From the NCBI GenBank assembly GCA_030615855.1, contig JAUWYL010000007.1, forward strand, positions 1 through 50,939: a stretch of DNA of 50,939 nucleotides, given 5' to 3'. Made by a program: the position numbers and the translations under genes. This DNA comes from a bacterium. GTDB taxonomy: Bacteria; UBP18; UBA7526. Below, piece after piece: positions 1 through 8,756 of the stretch; positions within the stretch are counted from its first letter, which is position 1, and each line of letters opens with the position of its first letter. The notes beneath the pieces were generated by a model. The model was not told the origin of the DNA. It was given only the letters and a program-made list of their open reading frames with translations, and ran no database searches.

Positions 1-159
1 AGATAAACCGGCTCTTAAAAGATTATTGCCTATGGAATATTTAAATTCTTTTGGTAGTTTTCTATACACCTCAAAGATTTTATCTATAAACTTTAGGGCA
101 AATTGGTAGACCTTTAGCCTTTCAAAATCAAACTGAAAATCGTCCTCTTTTTCTTTCAT
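1..159 (-). CDS. Four-helix-bundle protein (23S rRNA IVP / TIGR02436, bAvd-like fold), 5' part; runs off the window
   Basis: Not in the ORF track. Manual translation from ATG at 159 gives MKEKEDDFQFDFERLKVYQFALKFIDKIFEVYRKLPKEFKYSIGNNLLRAGLS, which fits the family pattern F-E-x-L-x-V-Y-Q...L-P-K-E-x-K-Y...R-A-x-x-S. Confidence 0.8.
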   Translation of the reverse strand, partial: MKEKEDDFQFDFERLKVYQFALKFIDKIFEVYRKLPKEFKYSIGNNLLRAGLS

Positions 160-170
160 AATCCTTTATC

Positions 171-207
171 TTAACTGGTTACTGTTCGCTGGTTACTGGT
201 TACTTCA
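171..207. repeat. Heptamer tandem repeat (ACTGGTT-type) directly upstream of the four-helix-bundle gene
   Basis: actggtt-actgttc-gctggtt-actggtt-acttca; the same unit recurs at about 40574-40597. Confidence 0.75.
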
Positions 208-747
208 CTACTCCATATAGACAAAGGTAGCCAGTTTAAGGCTGACGCTCAGGTTCCCCTTAGCATCAGAGGTGATGGTCATACTTTGAACATCGAGTAG
301 CCGCTCTGATTTTTCAATCTTATAAAGAAATTTAGCTAGGGAGGGGAGATCGCACTTCAGACTCAAGGATATGGGCTTGACCTTATAATATTCCTTTGGC
401 TGGAGAGCTCCCGGGCCGAAGGAGAGAATGGTTGCTCCAGAATCCCTTCCCATCCTGTAGACATCCTTTAGTAGCTTAGGTAGTCCTTCCTCCTTGGGCA
501 GCCTCCCCTTGGCAAATTTCAGCCTCGTCTGGGCCTCGAAGTAGTCCCTCTCCAACTTCTCCTCCATCCTGGCTGCTGCCTGGGCCTCCTTGAACTGGGC
601 CTCCTTCTTGGCCAGTTTCTCATTGGCCTCTTTCCACCTACTGGCCGGGGACCGAGGAGTTATATATAGAAAATAGTAGCCCGCTGCTAAGATAATAATT
701 ACTCCCATGAAGATGAGCAATTTCCTATCCCGGGGATTGAGCTTCAT
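208..747 (-). CDS. pilO: Type IV pilus assembly protein PilO
   Basis: N-terminal TM helix, coiled coil, LPKEEGLPKLL motif and C-terminal ferredoxin-like segment; follows pilM/N. Start moved to ATG 747, which has an AAGGAGG RBS. Confidence 0.8.
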   Translation of the reverse strand: MKLNPRDRKLLIFMGVIIILAAGYYFLYITPRSPASRWKEANEKLAKKEAQFKEAQAAARMEEKLERDYFEAQTRLKFAKGRLPKEEGLPKLLKDVYRMGRDSGATILSFGPGALQPKEYYKVKPISLSLKCDLPSLAKFLYKIEKSERLLDVQSMTITSDAKGNLSVSLKLATFVYME

Positions 748-844
748 CCCGCCCCTCCTTCTGTGATACAATTTGTTATCTTAAATAGTGTAAGATTATT
801 TTTACTGTATCGATTTCTCAACGAATTACAAAGAGGGGCGGGAT
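746..844. repeat. About 100 bp imperfect palindrome overlapping the pilO RBS and start
   Basis: Perfect 12-bp inverted repeat atcccgcccctc (746-757) / gaggggcgggat (833-844), with inner pairs gataca/tgtatc and atctta/taagat. Confidence 0.7.
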
Positions 845-848
845 TCAT

Positions 849-2831
849 TTACTCCTCCAATTCCTCTTTTTTCTCCTTAAGCTTCTCCCTTAGACCGACT
901 TTCTTCTTTTCCTCTGCGGACTCTGCGGTCTCTTTTGCGGTCTCTGCGGTTGCAGGTTCCTCTTCCATCCTCTTTATTACCTTTTTGATCTTCCATTTCA
1001 TGGGGAAGCTCACCGTTTCACCCTCCTTTGGTGTGGATACGCTCCCCAGATTTATCTCTTCAAAATAGGGTGAGCTCTTGAGCCTTACCATGAGGTTGGA
1101 GACCGCCTCTACAGAACCTGCCTGAGCAGAGATGCTGGCACTCTCCTTTGTTGGCAAAGAGAGGCTCTTAAGCCAGATAGAGGAGGGAAAGACCCTGGTC
1201 ATCTCCAAGAGAACATCGAGCCATTTTGCTTTTTCAGTAAGTAATCCAGTAATGACTTTTTCTCTCTTCTCCACCGCTGCCTTCTCTCTTTTAAGCTTCT
1301 CCACCTTGGGAACGATGTCCTTTATCTTCTCCAGTTCTGCCTCAACCTGGCGTAGCCTGGCCTCTCTCTGCTGAAGCCTCTGTAAAAATAGAAGGCCACT
1401 GAAGATAATAATCGCCACTCCCAGACCAGCAGCAATCATGAGGTTTCTCTTCCTGGCCTGGATGAGCACCCTCTCCTTCACGATCTGGGGAAGGAGGCTT
1501 ATTCTTACCTCGCCCAATTCAATGGCCCTCAAGGCCAATCCCACTGCCACGCTAAAGGAGGGCAGTATCTCCTTCAATTTGAAGATAGCGGGATCATATT
1601 TAATTTGAGATAGGGGATCGGCGATCTCAACCGGAACCCCGAGCCTCTGAGATAAGAACCTCTCTAAGTTCTTGAGTCGGGCACTCCCTCCAGAGAGGAT
1701 GACCTTGGTGATATCCGCCCCACCTGGCTGGGAGCGATAGTAGTTCAAAGAGCGCCGGATCTCAGCGAATAGGTTCTCTAATACGGGAGAGAGAGCACTG
1801 GCTACCTGGGAGGTGGGATTGGGAGCGGGAGGAACTTCTGGTGGTTTCTCGGGTGCAGGAGGTATCTCGGGTGGTTTTTCAGGTGGTTTCTCTGGAGCAG
1901 GTGGAACTTCAGGCGGCTTCTCTGGTGAAGGAGGAACTTCTGGTGGTTTCTCGGGTGCAGGAGGTATTTCGGGCGGTTTTTCAGGTGGTTTTTCTGGTGT
2001 GGGTGGAATCTCTGGGGGCGCAGCCTCTGGTGGTCTTTCCGGAACGGAAGGAATTTCAGGAGGTCTCTCAGGTGCCTGGAAAAGGGCATCCCCCTCTTCC
2101 CTCTTCAACTTCTCCGCCTCGCTAAAGGATACTCCGAGCTTATACTGAATGGCCCCTGTCAAATCATTCCCAGCTACCGGTGCGCTCCTGGTGAACTCCA
2201 GCACCCCATCCCGATGGATGCTGATGTCTGTGGTCGTGGCCCCGATGTCTATCAAGGCTACCACCTCCGCCTCTTTAGGGGGCTTCCTGAACCTCAGGGC
2301 ATTATAGAGGGTGAGGGAGGAGATGTCCATCGCCACACAGCTAAGTTCTGCCCCCTCAACCAGAGCCAGACGGTCATCGATGAGTTCCTGCTTCATGGCA
2401 GCTAAGATGACCTTTACCTCTTCCCCCTCCTTCCCGGGCAGAGCCTGGTAGTCCATACCCACCTTATCTAAGGGGAAGGGGATCTGGTTCTGGGCCTCGA
2501 ACTTAATTACCTGATCTAATCTCTCCCTTGCTCCAGAAGGGAGTCTCAGGTGCCTTATGATCACTGACTGGCCAGGGACAGCGATGACCGCATTCTTGAC
2601 CTTTATCTCATTCTCTTCTAATAATCTCTTTATTCCCTCAATAACCCTGGCCCTCTTCTCCTTATTCTCTAGGGCAGGGTCTAAGTGAAGCTCCACCATC
2701 CCGGCATTAGCCAGTTCCACCTCCTCCTTGGTCACCTTCAATAGAATGGCCTTTATGGAACTGGTTCCAATGTCCAGGCCAAGGACCGCTTTTGCCTTGA
2801 GTAATGGCTTGAATAAAGAAATCTTCTTCAA
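849..2831 (-). CDS. pilM: PilM-PilN fusion protein with a proline-rich insertion
   Basis: Actin-like ATPase motifs GLDIGTSSIK, IDIGATTT, LSGGSARL and AVGLALR, then ISLLP, a TM helix, coiled coil and PilN-like domain (WLDVLLEMTRVFPSSIWLKSL). Confidence 0.85.
   Translation of the reverse strand: MKKISLFKPLLKAKAVLGLDIGTSSIKAILLKVTKEEVELANAGMVELHLDPALENKEKRARVIEGIKRLLEENEIKVKNAVIAVPGQSVIIRHLRLPSGARERLDQVIKFEAQNQIPFPLDKVGMDYQALPGKEGEEVKVILAAMKQELIDDRLALVEGAELSCVAMDISSLTLYNALRFRKPPKEAEVVALIDIGATTTDISIHRDGVLEFTRSAPVAGNDLTGAIQYKLGVSFSEAEKLKREEGDALFQAPERPPEIPSVPERPPEAAPPEIPPTPEKPPEKPPEIPPAPEKPPEVPPSPEKPPEVPPAPEKPPEKPPEIPPAPEKPPEVPPAPNPTSQVASALSPVLENLFAEIRRSLNYYRSQPGGADITKVILSGGSARLKNLERFLSQRLGVPVEIADPLSQIKYDPAIFKLKEILPSFSVAVGLALRAIELGEVRISLLPQIVKERVLIQARKRNLMIAAGLGVAIIIFSGLLFLQRLQQREARLRQVEAELEKIKDIVPKVEKLKREKAAVEKREKVITGLLTEKAKWLDVLLEMTRVFPSSIWLKSLSLPTKESASISAQAGSVEAVSNLMVRLKSSPYFEEINLGSVSTPKEGETVSFPMKWKIKKVIKRMEEEPATAETAKETAESAEEKKKVGLREKLKEKKEELEE
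1810..2078 (-). repeat. Coding tandem repeat (PEKPPE[IV]PPA)n inside PilM
   Basis: About 85 aa of Pro/Glu/Lys repeats; near-identical DNA blocks begin at 1828 and 1930 (102-bp offset). Confidence 0.9.
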
Positions 2832-2875
2832 ATCTTCACCTTATAAATCATTACCAGTTGCTACTCTCAGTTTGG

Positions 2876-3103
2876 TCACAAAGTGACCTCTAATTGTTGG
2901 ATCCCAACAAATCTATTTCGGGGAACCTTCTCCTTATCCAACCTTTTCACTTCCAGACAGAGCTCTATCGCCTCTTTAATCCGAGACAATAGCCTACCCA
3001 TGGTCTTAGCCTGGGTATGACATCCTGGAAGATCGGGAACTTGAGCAATTAGAAAACCATCCTCATCTTCCTCAATCAAGACCGGAAAAGTATACTTTCT
3101 CAT
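2876..3103 (-). CDS. hicB: HicB-family antitoxin-like protein (short, orphan)
   Basis: Motif IEEDEDG..AQVPDLPGCHTQAKT..ELL..IKEAIELCLE-type; no hicA next to it. Confidence 0.8.
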   Translation of the reverse strand: MRKYTFPVLIEEDEDGFLIAQVPDLPGCHTQAKTMGRLLSRIKEAIELCLEVKRLDKEKVPRNRFVGIQQLEVTL

Positions 3104-3317
3104 CCCTCATGCCTCCTTACTTTTCAAGCGCTAAGATTAAAATTCTACTCATAATTCTTGGACCTTCTCTCTCCATTATTCGTGTTAATTTCCGCCAAAC
3201 TAACGACGGCCAAGCGCGTCTTTCCTCCTTTGCATCTTCCAGTTTCAGCCAGAGGCTGATCCGCCTTGGGCGGAAAATTTAGCGTCTCTGCGGTTGCAAT
3301 CTTCTTCATCTAATTTC

Positions 3318-4655
3318 CTAATCGTATTCCAGGACAGCCTCTGACCAGTAGAGGATTTTTATGGGTCCCATGGTGCCATCATCATGATAGTCCCTATCTA
3401 CTGTGGCCTCAATCCTTCTCTCTGCTAAGGTCTCTGTGTCCCTCATTACCTTTCCTGTAGAGACAATTCTAAAGCGATCTGACCTTACGGTAACAAAATC
3501 CGAGTAATCATCGAAACTGCTTTCACCTATTTCGTCAGTATTCATTATCTCTCCCCGTCCGTGCCCCCCCGTCCTTCCAGTCGAAGAAGCCTCCTTCCCA
3601 TAGGTATAGTCACTCTTCTGGACGCCTTCCTTATCTGCAATCTCTCCCATCCGGGTCTTTATAATATTGGTGGCCTTAACATCACCGATCTTATAGTAAG
3701 ACCTCAGGCTCCAGTAGGTGGCGGTATTGATATTGATTACTCCCTCTATCTCATCATCGTCACTGACCTTAATGACGTCTGCCAGCCTCTCCAGCATGGT
3801 ATCAGCGACGCCATCGGCGCCGCCCACCTCGCCCACCTGGCTATAGGGACGTTCATTAATAATATTCTGAGCTGTTATAGGTCCCAAGAGAGCGACCGGC
3901 AGGGCATCGATCTCGTCAACGGTAGCGGTATTGATATTTAACCTTTCACCATCGCTAACTCCAGTGCCGGTCATATCGACATCGCGGTCCATGCAGTGAT
4001 TTTTATTCTTGGAATAGATGCTGAGATCACAGGCATGGTTTTCCAGGGGATTCTCTCCGACATTGATGTCCTTTACCTTCTGAATCTCCCTTATGGTATC
4101 AAAATCGTAATCCTTAACATCCGTTTCATTTCCACTCCTTGTCCTATAGGTGGTAGAAGCGCTACCTGAATCCCGATAGTCCTTGATATTGACCGCTTTC
4201 TGTTCAGCAGCCACATTACCTCCCAATAGGTAGTATAAGGATTCTAAGGAGTAGTCGGCCGACTCTCCATAATCCACGTTGATATTCATCATAGAGGACT
4301 CATCCACTAAATGGACGCTATAACCCCCTTTTCCAAAAGAGAACCATTTATCATCCCAGGACATGGGACACTCCGCTACTGAAGTATCACAGGAGAAGTT
4401 CTCACTGAAGGTGGTGAACCAGTCTTCGTGAAGACTGTCTGTCTCATTCGTATCTGCCCTGAGTTTTGCGATGGCGGCATCTATCCCGGCAGAAGCAAGG
4501 TAGCGGGCCTGAACGGCATGGTAGCTATTGTTGGCCAGTCTCAACTCCATACGCATCATAAAGGTAAAGGAGGCCGCCATCATTACTAAGATGGTCATTA
4601 TCCAGAGGGCCATAATGAGCGCAATCCCTCTTTTATCTTGGATTTCTTTCTTCAT
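3318..4655 (-). CDS. GspK/PilX-like minor pilin with ComEA-type helix-hairpin-helix repeats
   Basis: Class III signal KRG|IALIM without Glu5, QARYLASAGIDAAIAKL, two (L/I)NINTAT HhH motifs, C-terminal FRIVSTGKV...ILYWSE. Confidence 0.75.
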   Translation of the reverse strand: MKKEIQDKRGIALIMALWIMTILVMMAASFTFMMRMELRLANNSYHAVQARYLASAGIDAAIAKLRADTNETDSLHEDWFTTFSENFSCDTSVAECPMSWDDKWFSFGKGGYSVHLVDESSMMNINVDYGESADYSLESLYYLLGGNVAAEQKAVNIKDYRDSGSASTTYRTRSGNETDVKDYDFDTIREIQKVKDINVGENPLENHACDLSIYSKNKNHCMDRDVDMTGTGVSDGERLNINTATVDEIDALPVALLGPITAQNIINERPYSQVGEVGGADGVADTMLERLADVIKVSDDDEIEGVININTATYWSLRSYYKIGDVKATNIIKTRMGEIADKEGVQKSDYTYGKEASSTGRTGGHGRGEIMNTDEIGESSFDDYSDFVTVRSDRFRIVSTGKVMRDTETLAERRIEATVDRDYHDDGTMGPIKILYWSEAVLEYD

Positions 4656-4669
4656 CCTTTCACCTCCTC

Positions 4670-5335
4670 TTATGGATGTGCCAGATAGACAATGGTTTTT
4701 ATCTCACTCTCCTCAGTGAATTTGGAACTGGGGGCTTGGGCAGTCAGGGTAATCTCCACAGCATCGGGTAGTTCTCCCTCTCCACCAGAGGGATCAGCAT
4801 CCCAGCTTTCCTTCCAAGTATCCGCATCATCATCCTTATCATGATACCTGAAGTTCAATCCCGTAATATGGGAGGCTAACTCTTCTGCTGGGTCTCCTCC
4901 AGAGGTAATATCATCATCCGGGACATTGGGTATCTGCTTTCTGCGCATGAGCATATTCCCTGATAGATAGAAACCTAGTTCAACGCAGTCAAACTTTAAC
5001 TCGAGAGGAGTATAGGTGCTCCCATAATTATAACCATCCGGGGGATGGGCGATGGAGATGAAGTTCAGAGTATCGGGATTTGTATCGACCCCAACAAGAT
5101 AGATATCCTTTCCTGGGTTATAGTTTATATTGAGGGTGATTGCTCCCCGGATCTCCTCACTCATTCTGTCTAAAGCGATGCGTATATTCTGGTATCTCTT
5201 GGTCCTGGCCTCCCCCTTCTGCCAGGCATCCATGGCCATCTTAGAGACATTATAGATGGCCATGCCCAAAAGGGCGGTAATGACCAAAGCCACCATAAGT
5301 TCCAGTAGGGTTACCCCCTTTTGCTCCTTAATCAT
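4670..5335 (-). CDS. GspJ/PilW-like minor pilin
   Basis: MIKEQKG|VTLLELMVAL, RIALDRMSEEIRGA, LPDAVEITL. Start moved to ATG 5335. Confidence 0.8.
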   Translation of the reverse strand: MIKEQKGVTLLELMVALVITALLGMAIYNVSKMAMDAWQKGEARTKRYQNIRIALDRMSEEIRGAITLNINYNPGKDIYLVGVDTNPDTLNFISIAHPPDGYNYGSTYTPLELKFDCVELGFYLSGNMLMRRKQIPNVPDDDITSGGDPAEELASHITGLNFRYHDKDDDADTWKESWDADPSGGEGELPDAVEITLTAQAPSSKFTEESEIKTIVYLAHP

Positions 5336-5345
5336 AATAATCCCC

Positions 5346-5864
5346 TCAGTTATAGTTGGCCATGAGGGTAGTGAGATACACGCATCTCTGGCCGCTATGG
5401 CCACTCCCTGCCTTGTATGGCCACCAGACAGAGACCGTCACTTCCTTTGGATCGCTTCCCGAGGATATAGCCTGCCACTCGTATCTTGAGTAATAGCCAG
5501 GGGCAATGCTCTCGCTTGTCTCATTGGGAATGTTGGCATACCCTCCCCTCTTTATCTCCTCCATCCTCCTCTGGGCAAGGAGGGTGGCAGTGGTCAGGTC
5601 CTCCCCCAACTTGCTCGCCTTCAGTCCCATAGGCATAACACGCAAGAGGGCTAAGAGGGCTACGGCAAGAATGATAAGGGCGATCATGACCTCCAGAACC
5701 GTAAACCCCGCTTTCCTTGAATCGGGGAATCGGGGAATCGGGGTATCGGTAATTTTTCCCTTGTTTCCGCTTCTCCCATCTGCCCCGTAGGCTTGTCCTT
5801 CGGGGTTCCCCTTTTCTCCCTTTCCCTGATAACCTGATAACCTGATTACCTGATTACCGATCAC
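5346..5864 (-). CDS. GspI/PilV-like minor pilin with a long repeat-derived leader
   Basis: KAG|FTVLEVMIAL, ATLLAQRRMEEIK. GTG start preceded by GGTGA; the 53-aa leader is encoded largely by 8-mer repeats. Confidence 0.8.
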   Translation of the reverse strand: MIGNQVIRLSGYQGKGEKGNPEGQAYGADGRSGNKGKITDTPIPRFPDSRKAGFTVLEVMIALIILAVALLALLRVMPMGLKASKLGEDLTTATLLAQRRMEEIKRGGYANIPNETSESIAPGYYSRYEWQAISSGSDPKEVTVSVWWPYKAGSGHSGQRCVYLTTLMANYN

Positions 5865-5913
5865 TGTTTCACCTGCACGCTTTCTCCCCGTTTCTCTGTT
5901 TCATTACTTAAAC

Positions 5914-6564
5914 CTACCAGCTACTATATATTTTAACCCGAGCAGTAGCTTTGGCATTTTCTACCCGATACTTAACTTTCCCAGCTGTATCCTGCAGTTT
6001 TACGATTCCCTCATTGGCTGAGTCTGTAAGAGTGACTGTGCCTTTAAAGGTAAAGGTATGATGATAGGGGTCACTCGCTCCTCCTCCAATCACCTCATCT
6101 ATGACCACCACTTTGGGCAATTTTCTCTCGGAGCCCGGTTCTGGGTTCTTTGGAGGATAGGATAATGCGGGCTGAATCCAGACTACTTTATTGGTCTTAT
6201 CATAGACCGCATAGTACTCTTCTCTTAAAGTCATGGCCTTACTGTGGGCCATCCTCATGGTTGAGGCCACATCCCGGGCAGCATTCTTGACGCTCGTCCT
6301 GCGATAGGTCCCCTGGCCGTAGAAGAGTACCCCCCCAATGACAATGGCAATGATGACCACCACCACCATCATTTCTATAAGACTGAACCCGGCTTTCTTT
6401 GAATCGGAGAATCGGTGTGTTTCTGTATCGGTGTAACGGCGTATCGGTGTATCGGTGTAATTCTCTTTTATTACCTTACTCCGACACTCCCTCACTCCAT
6501 TACTCCGTTTCACCTGCCCACTTTCCCATTTTGCATTTTTAATTTTGCATTTTTCATTTTTCAT
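5914..6564 (-). CDS. GspH/FimT-like minor pilin with a long repeat-derived leader
   Basis: KAG|FSLIEMMVVV, AARDVASTMRMAHSKA. ATG overlaps the upstream stop (TGATG) with a GGAGG RBS. Paralog of 9658-10194. Confidence 0.8.
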   Translation of the reverse strand: MKNEKCKIKNAKWESGQVKRSNGVRECRSKVIKENYTDTPIRRYTDTETHRFSDSKKAGFSLIEMMVVVVIIAIVIGGVLFYGQGTYRRTSVKNAARDVASTMRMAHSKAMTLREEYYAVYDKTNKVVWIQPALSYPPKNPEPGSERKLPKVVVIDEVIGGGASDPYHHTFTFKGTVTLTDSANEGIVKLQDTAGKVKYRVENAKATARVKIYSSW

Positions 6565-7982
6565 CAGTCCTCCGGGATTTCCCTATAGTACCAGATTTTG
6601 CCTTTAACCGCCGGGGTAGCCTTTCCCCTGTTTATAATGATTCTGATCCTCTTCAAAGTCTCCTGACCGGATGGGGAAACATACCTCCCGGTTGATATTA
6701 TCTCAAAGAACTGGTTATTATGGGACTGGGGAGGGCCAGTAGGGCTATTGTTGAAGGAGAAGTTTGTGGTATAGGTCTTATCCGCAGCAAGTATCTCAAA
6801 GTCGGCATCATCGTCATTAACATCGGGTGTAGTGGGATTATTTGAGTCCCAGTTATCATACTCTGTCTCTGCATCCGGGTCAAAGTTATCCTTGATATTG
6901 TCCCTTACATAGTCGTTAGTGATGCTTTTTTCCGCAATCCGCACCGCCGTTGTATTCGGGTAGCCCCACTTGCGGACGTAATTAATAAATTCGTTAAACT
7001 CATCTTGGGCGCTACCCATCTCGTCCTGATTGGTCCGATCCAAAGTCCCATCATCCCAAGTATCAAGAAAGTAGTACTTCGCTGGGGAGCCACTTGAGGG
7101 AGGATTGAGGTCTATGTCCTGGATATTGAAAGGTTTTGAGGAATCGGTTTCGCTTCCGCTGTTGTCATCGTCCCGGTTGGTGTCTATGCCATCGAAGGGG
7201 TTATCGTCTGCTGTCCTTTCTATTCCATCGGCTCCAGCACGATAGGCAAGGATTGCTGTCACTACCCGGTCGATATTCGTCTCAGTTACTTTCAGTATGG
7301 CATAGCCAGGAGTTCCACTCTGATTCCTGCCAAAGGCAGCCTTCAGGGCCTTCTCATTTGCCGTATTGACATTTATAGGAAGACGGGTATCAGGGTTTGT
7401 AGGAAACTCTTTATGATAGACCTTTGCCACCTGATGATAGACTGAGAGGCTCTCCTCGCTTATATCATAGACGCAGGCTAATTCGTCAAGGGTCTCAAAG
7501 GGCCCATAAGTCTCTTTCTGATAGTTGACGATATTATTGACTTTTATAGTGCCTATATTTGGCAGCCCATCCAGAAGGTTCTTCCAGGAACTGTTGTCTG
7601 CTAAGGGATTATTGAGGCTCACCTTCCCTCCCTCATCATTTATTATGACGGCATAGTAGCCGAAGGTATTTCCATCCTCATCCGTCAAAGTAATCCACTT
7701 GGAATCCGCTGTTCCATCTCCATCGTTATCAACATCCGAACCACTGAAATAGGTGGCCCAATCCTCCTTTAGGGAATCAATGGTAAGATCTGTATCCCTC
7801 CTCAGCCAATAGACCGCATGGTCTATCCCGGCCTGGGTGATATACATAGCCTTCATATCGTCCCGATGGGTACGGGCGATGATGGGCTCCAAGCGCATCA
7901 TGAAGATGAAGGTGGTGCCGATGATGGCTAAGACGGCCAAGAGCCACATAGCCATAATCACGGCAACGCCCTTTTCTCCCAT
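6564..7982 (-). CDS. GspK/PilX-like minor pilin (second copy), Asp-rich
   Basis: MGEKG|VAVIM, AMYITQAGIDHAV, INVNTAN motif, DxDxDG-like loops (DVDNDGDG), FEIISTG...IWYYRE. ATG 7982 is coupled to the upstream stop. Confidence 0.75.
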   Translation of the reverse strand: MGEKGVAVIMAMWLLAVLAIIGTTFIFMMRLEPIIARTHRDDMKAMYITQAGIDHAVYWLRRDTDLTIDSLKEDWATYFSGSDVDNDGDGTADSKWITLTDEDGNTFGYYAVIINDEGGKVSLNNPLADNSSWKNLLDGLPNIGTIKVNNIVNYQKETYGPFETLDELACVYDISEESLSVYHQVAKVYHKEFPTNPDTRLPINVNTANEKALKAAFGRNQSGTPGYAILKVTETNIDRVVTAILAYRAGADGIERTADDNPFDGIDTNRDDDNSGSETDSSKPFNIQDIDLNPPSSGSPAKYYFLDTWDDGTLDRTNQDEMGSAQDEFNEFINYVRKWGYPNTTAVRIAEKSITNDYVRDNIKDNFDPDAETEYDNWDSNNPTTPDVNDDDADFEILAADKTYTTNFSFNNSPTGPPQSHNNQFFEIISTGRYVSPSGQETLKRIRIIINRGKATPAVKGKIWYYREIPED

Positions 7983-8728
7983 CAAAAGCCCCCAGTTAAA
8001 TCCTCTCCATAGCGGATGCCCGCCTTGACCATGGCGTGCAAGGTGGTCCCGGGATCGCTCTCATCTGTAGGATCGGCTTTGACCGTCAAAGTAATTTTTA
8101 GCATCCCGACACGGGATGCCGGTGGTCGATCATTAAAGTAGAGATAGGAAACAACACCTTCTGTACCGGGCATGGCGGCAGTTATTGGTTGGGAACCAGC
8201 ACTATGAAAACTATAACTTCCCTCACTTGTTTGGTAAGGAGGATTGAGCACTCTCTTATAAAGGGTATAGGTCTCGCTCCCCACCCCCGGCTCGCCAGAG
8301 TACCTGGAAAACTGAATCTTCTCCACTCCTTCTGTTCCATCTATAGGGACATAGAGGGTAATCCAGCGGCCCTCCCTCGCTGATCCTCCTTCCCCGAGTT
8401 CGAAGACAACATCTGGGGTATCTCCACCTACATCGGGTAGGGCCTGCCTGATCTCATTTACCATTCTCTCAAAGGCTATTCGGACATTCTGAATCAGTTC
8501 TACCCTCTCCTCTCCTGTCTTATAGGCCTTGGTTCCCATCTTAAAGACAGTATAGAAAGCAACCATTAACAGAGAGAGTAAGGCAACAGCGACCAGAAGC
8601 TCAACAAGGGTAATTCCCATTCTTTTTGAATCGGGGAATCGGAGAACCGGGGTATCGGGGTATCGGGGAATCGGGGTATCGGGGTTCCCTTTTTCTTCCT
8701 TTTCCTGATTACCTAATAACCTGATCAC
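7982..8728 (-). CDS. GspJ/PilW-like minor pilin with a repeat-derived leader
   Basis: KRMG|ITLVELLVAV, RIAFERMVNEIRQA; the leader contains DTPIPRYPDTPVLRFPDS. Confidence 0.78.
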   Translation of the reverse strand: MIRLLGNQEKEEKGNPDTPIPRYPDTPVLRFPDSKRMGITLVELLVAVALLSLLMVAFYTVFKMGTKAYKTGEERVELIQNVRIAFERMVNEIRQALPDVGGDTPDVVFELGEGGSAREGRWITLYVPIDGTEGVEKIQFSRYSGEPGVGSETYTLYKRVLNPPYQTSEGSYSFHSAGSQPITAAMPGTEGVVSYLYFNDRPPASRVGMLKITLTVKADPTDESDPGTTLHAMVKAGIRYGEDLTGGF

Positions 8729-8756
8729 TGGTCACTTTCCCACTTTCTATATTTTA

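Noticed and set aside
3145-3309. 54-aa minus-strand ORF MKKIATAETLNFPPKADQPLAE...
   Set aside because: Made of repeat and palindrome sequence, weak RBS, no HicA or other family motif.
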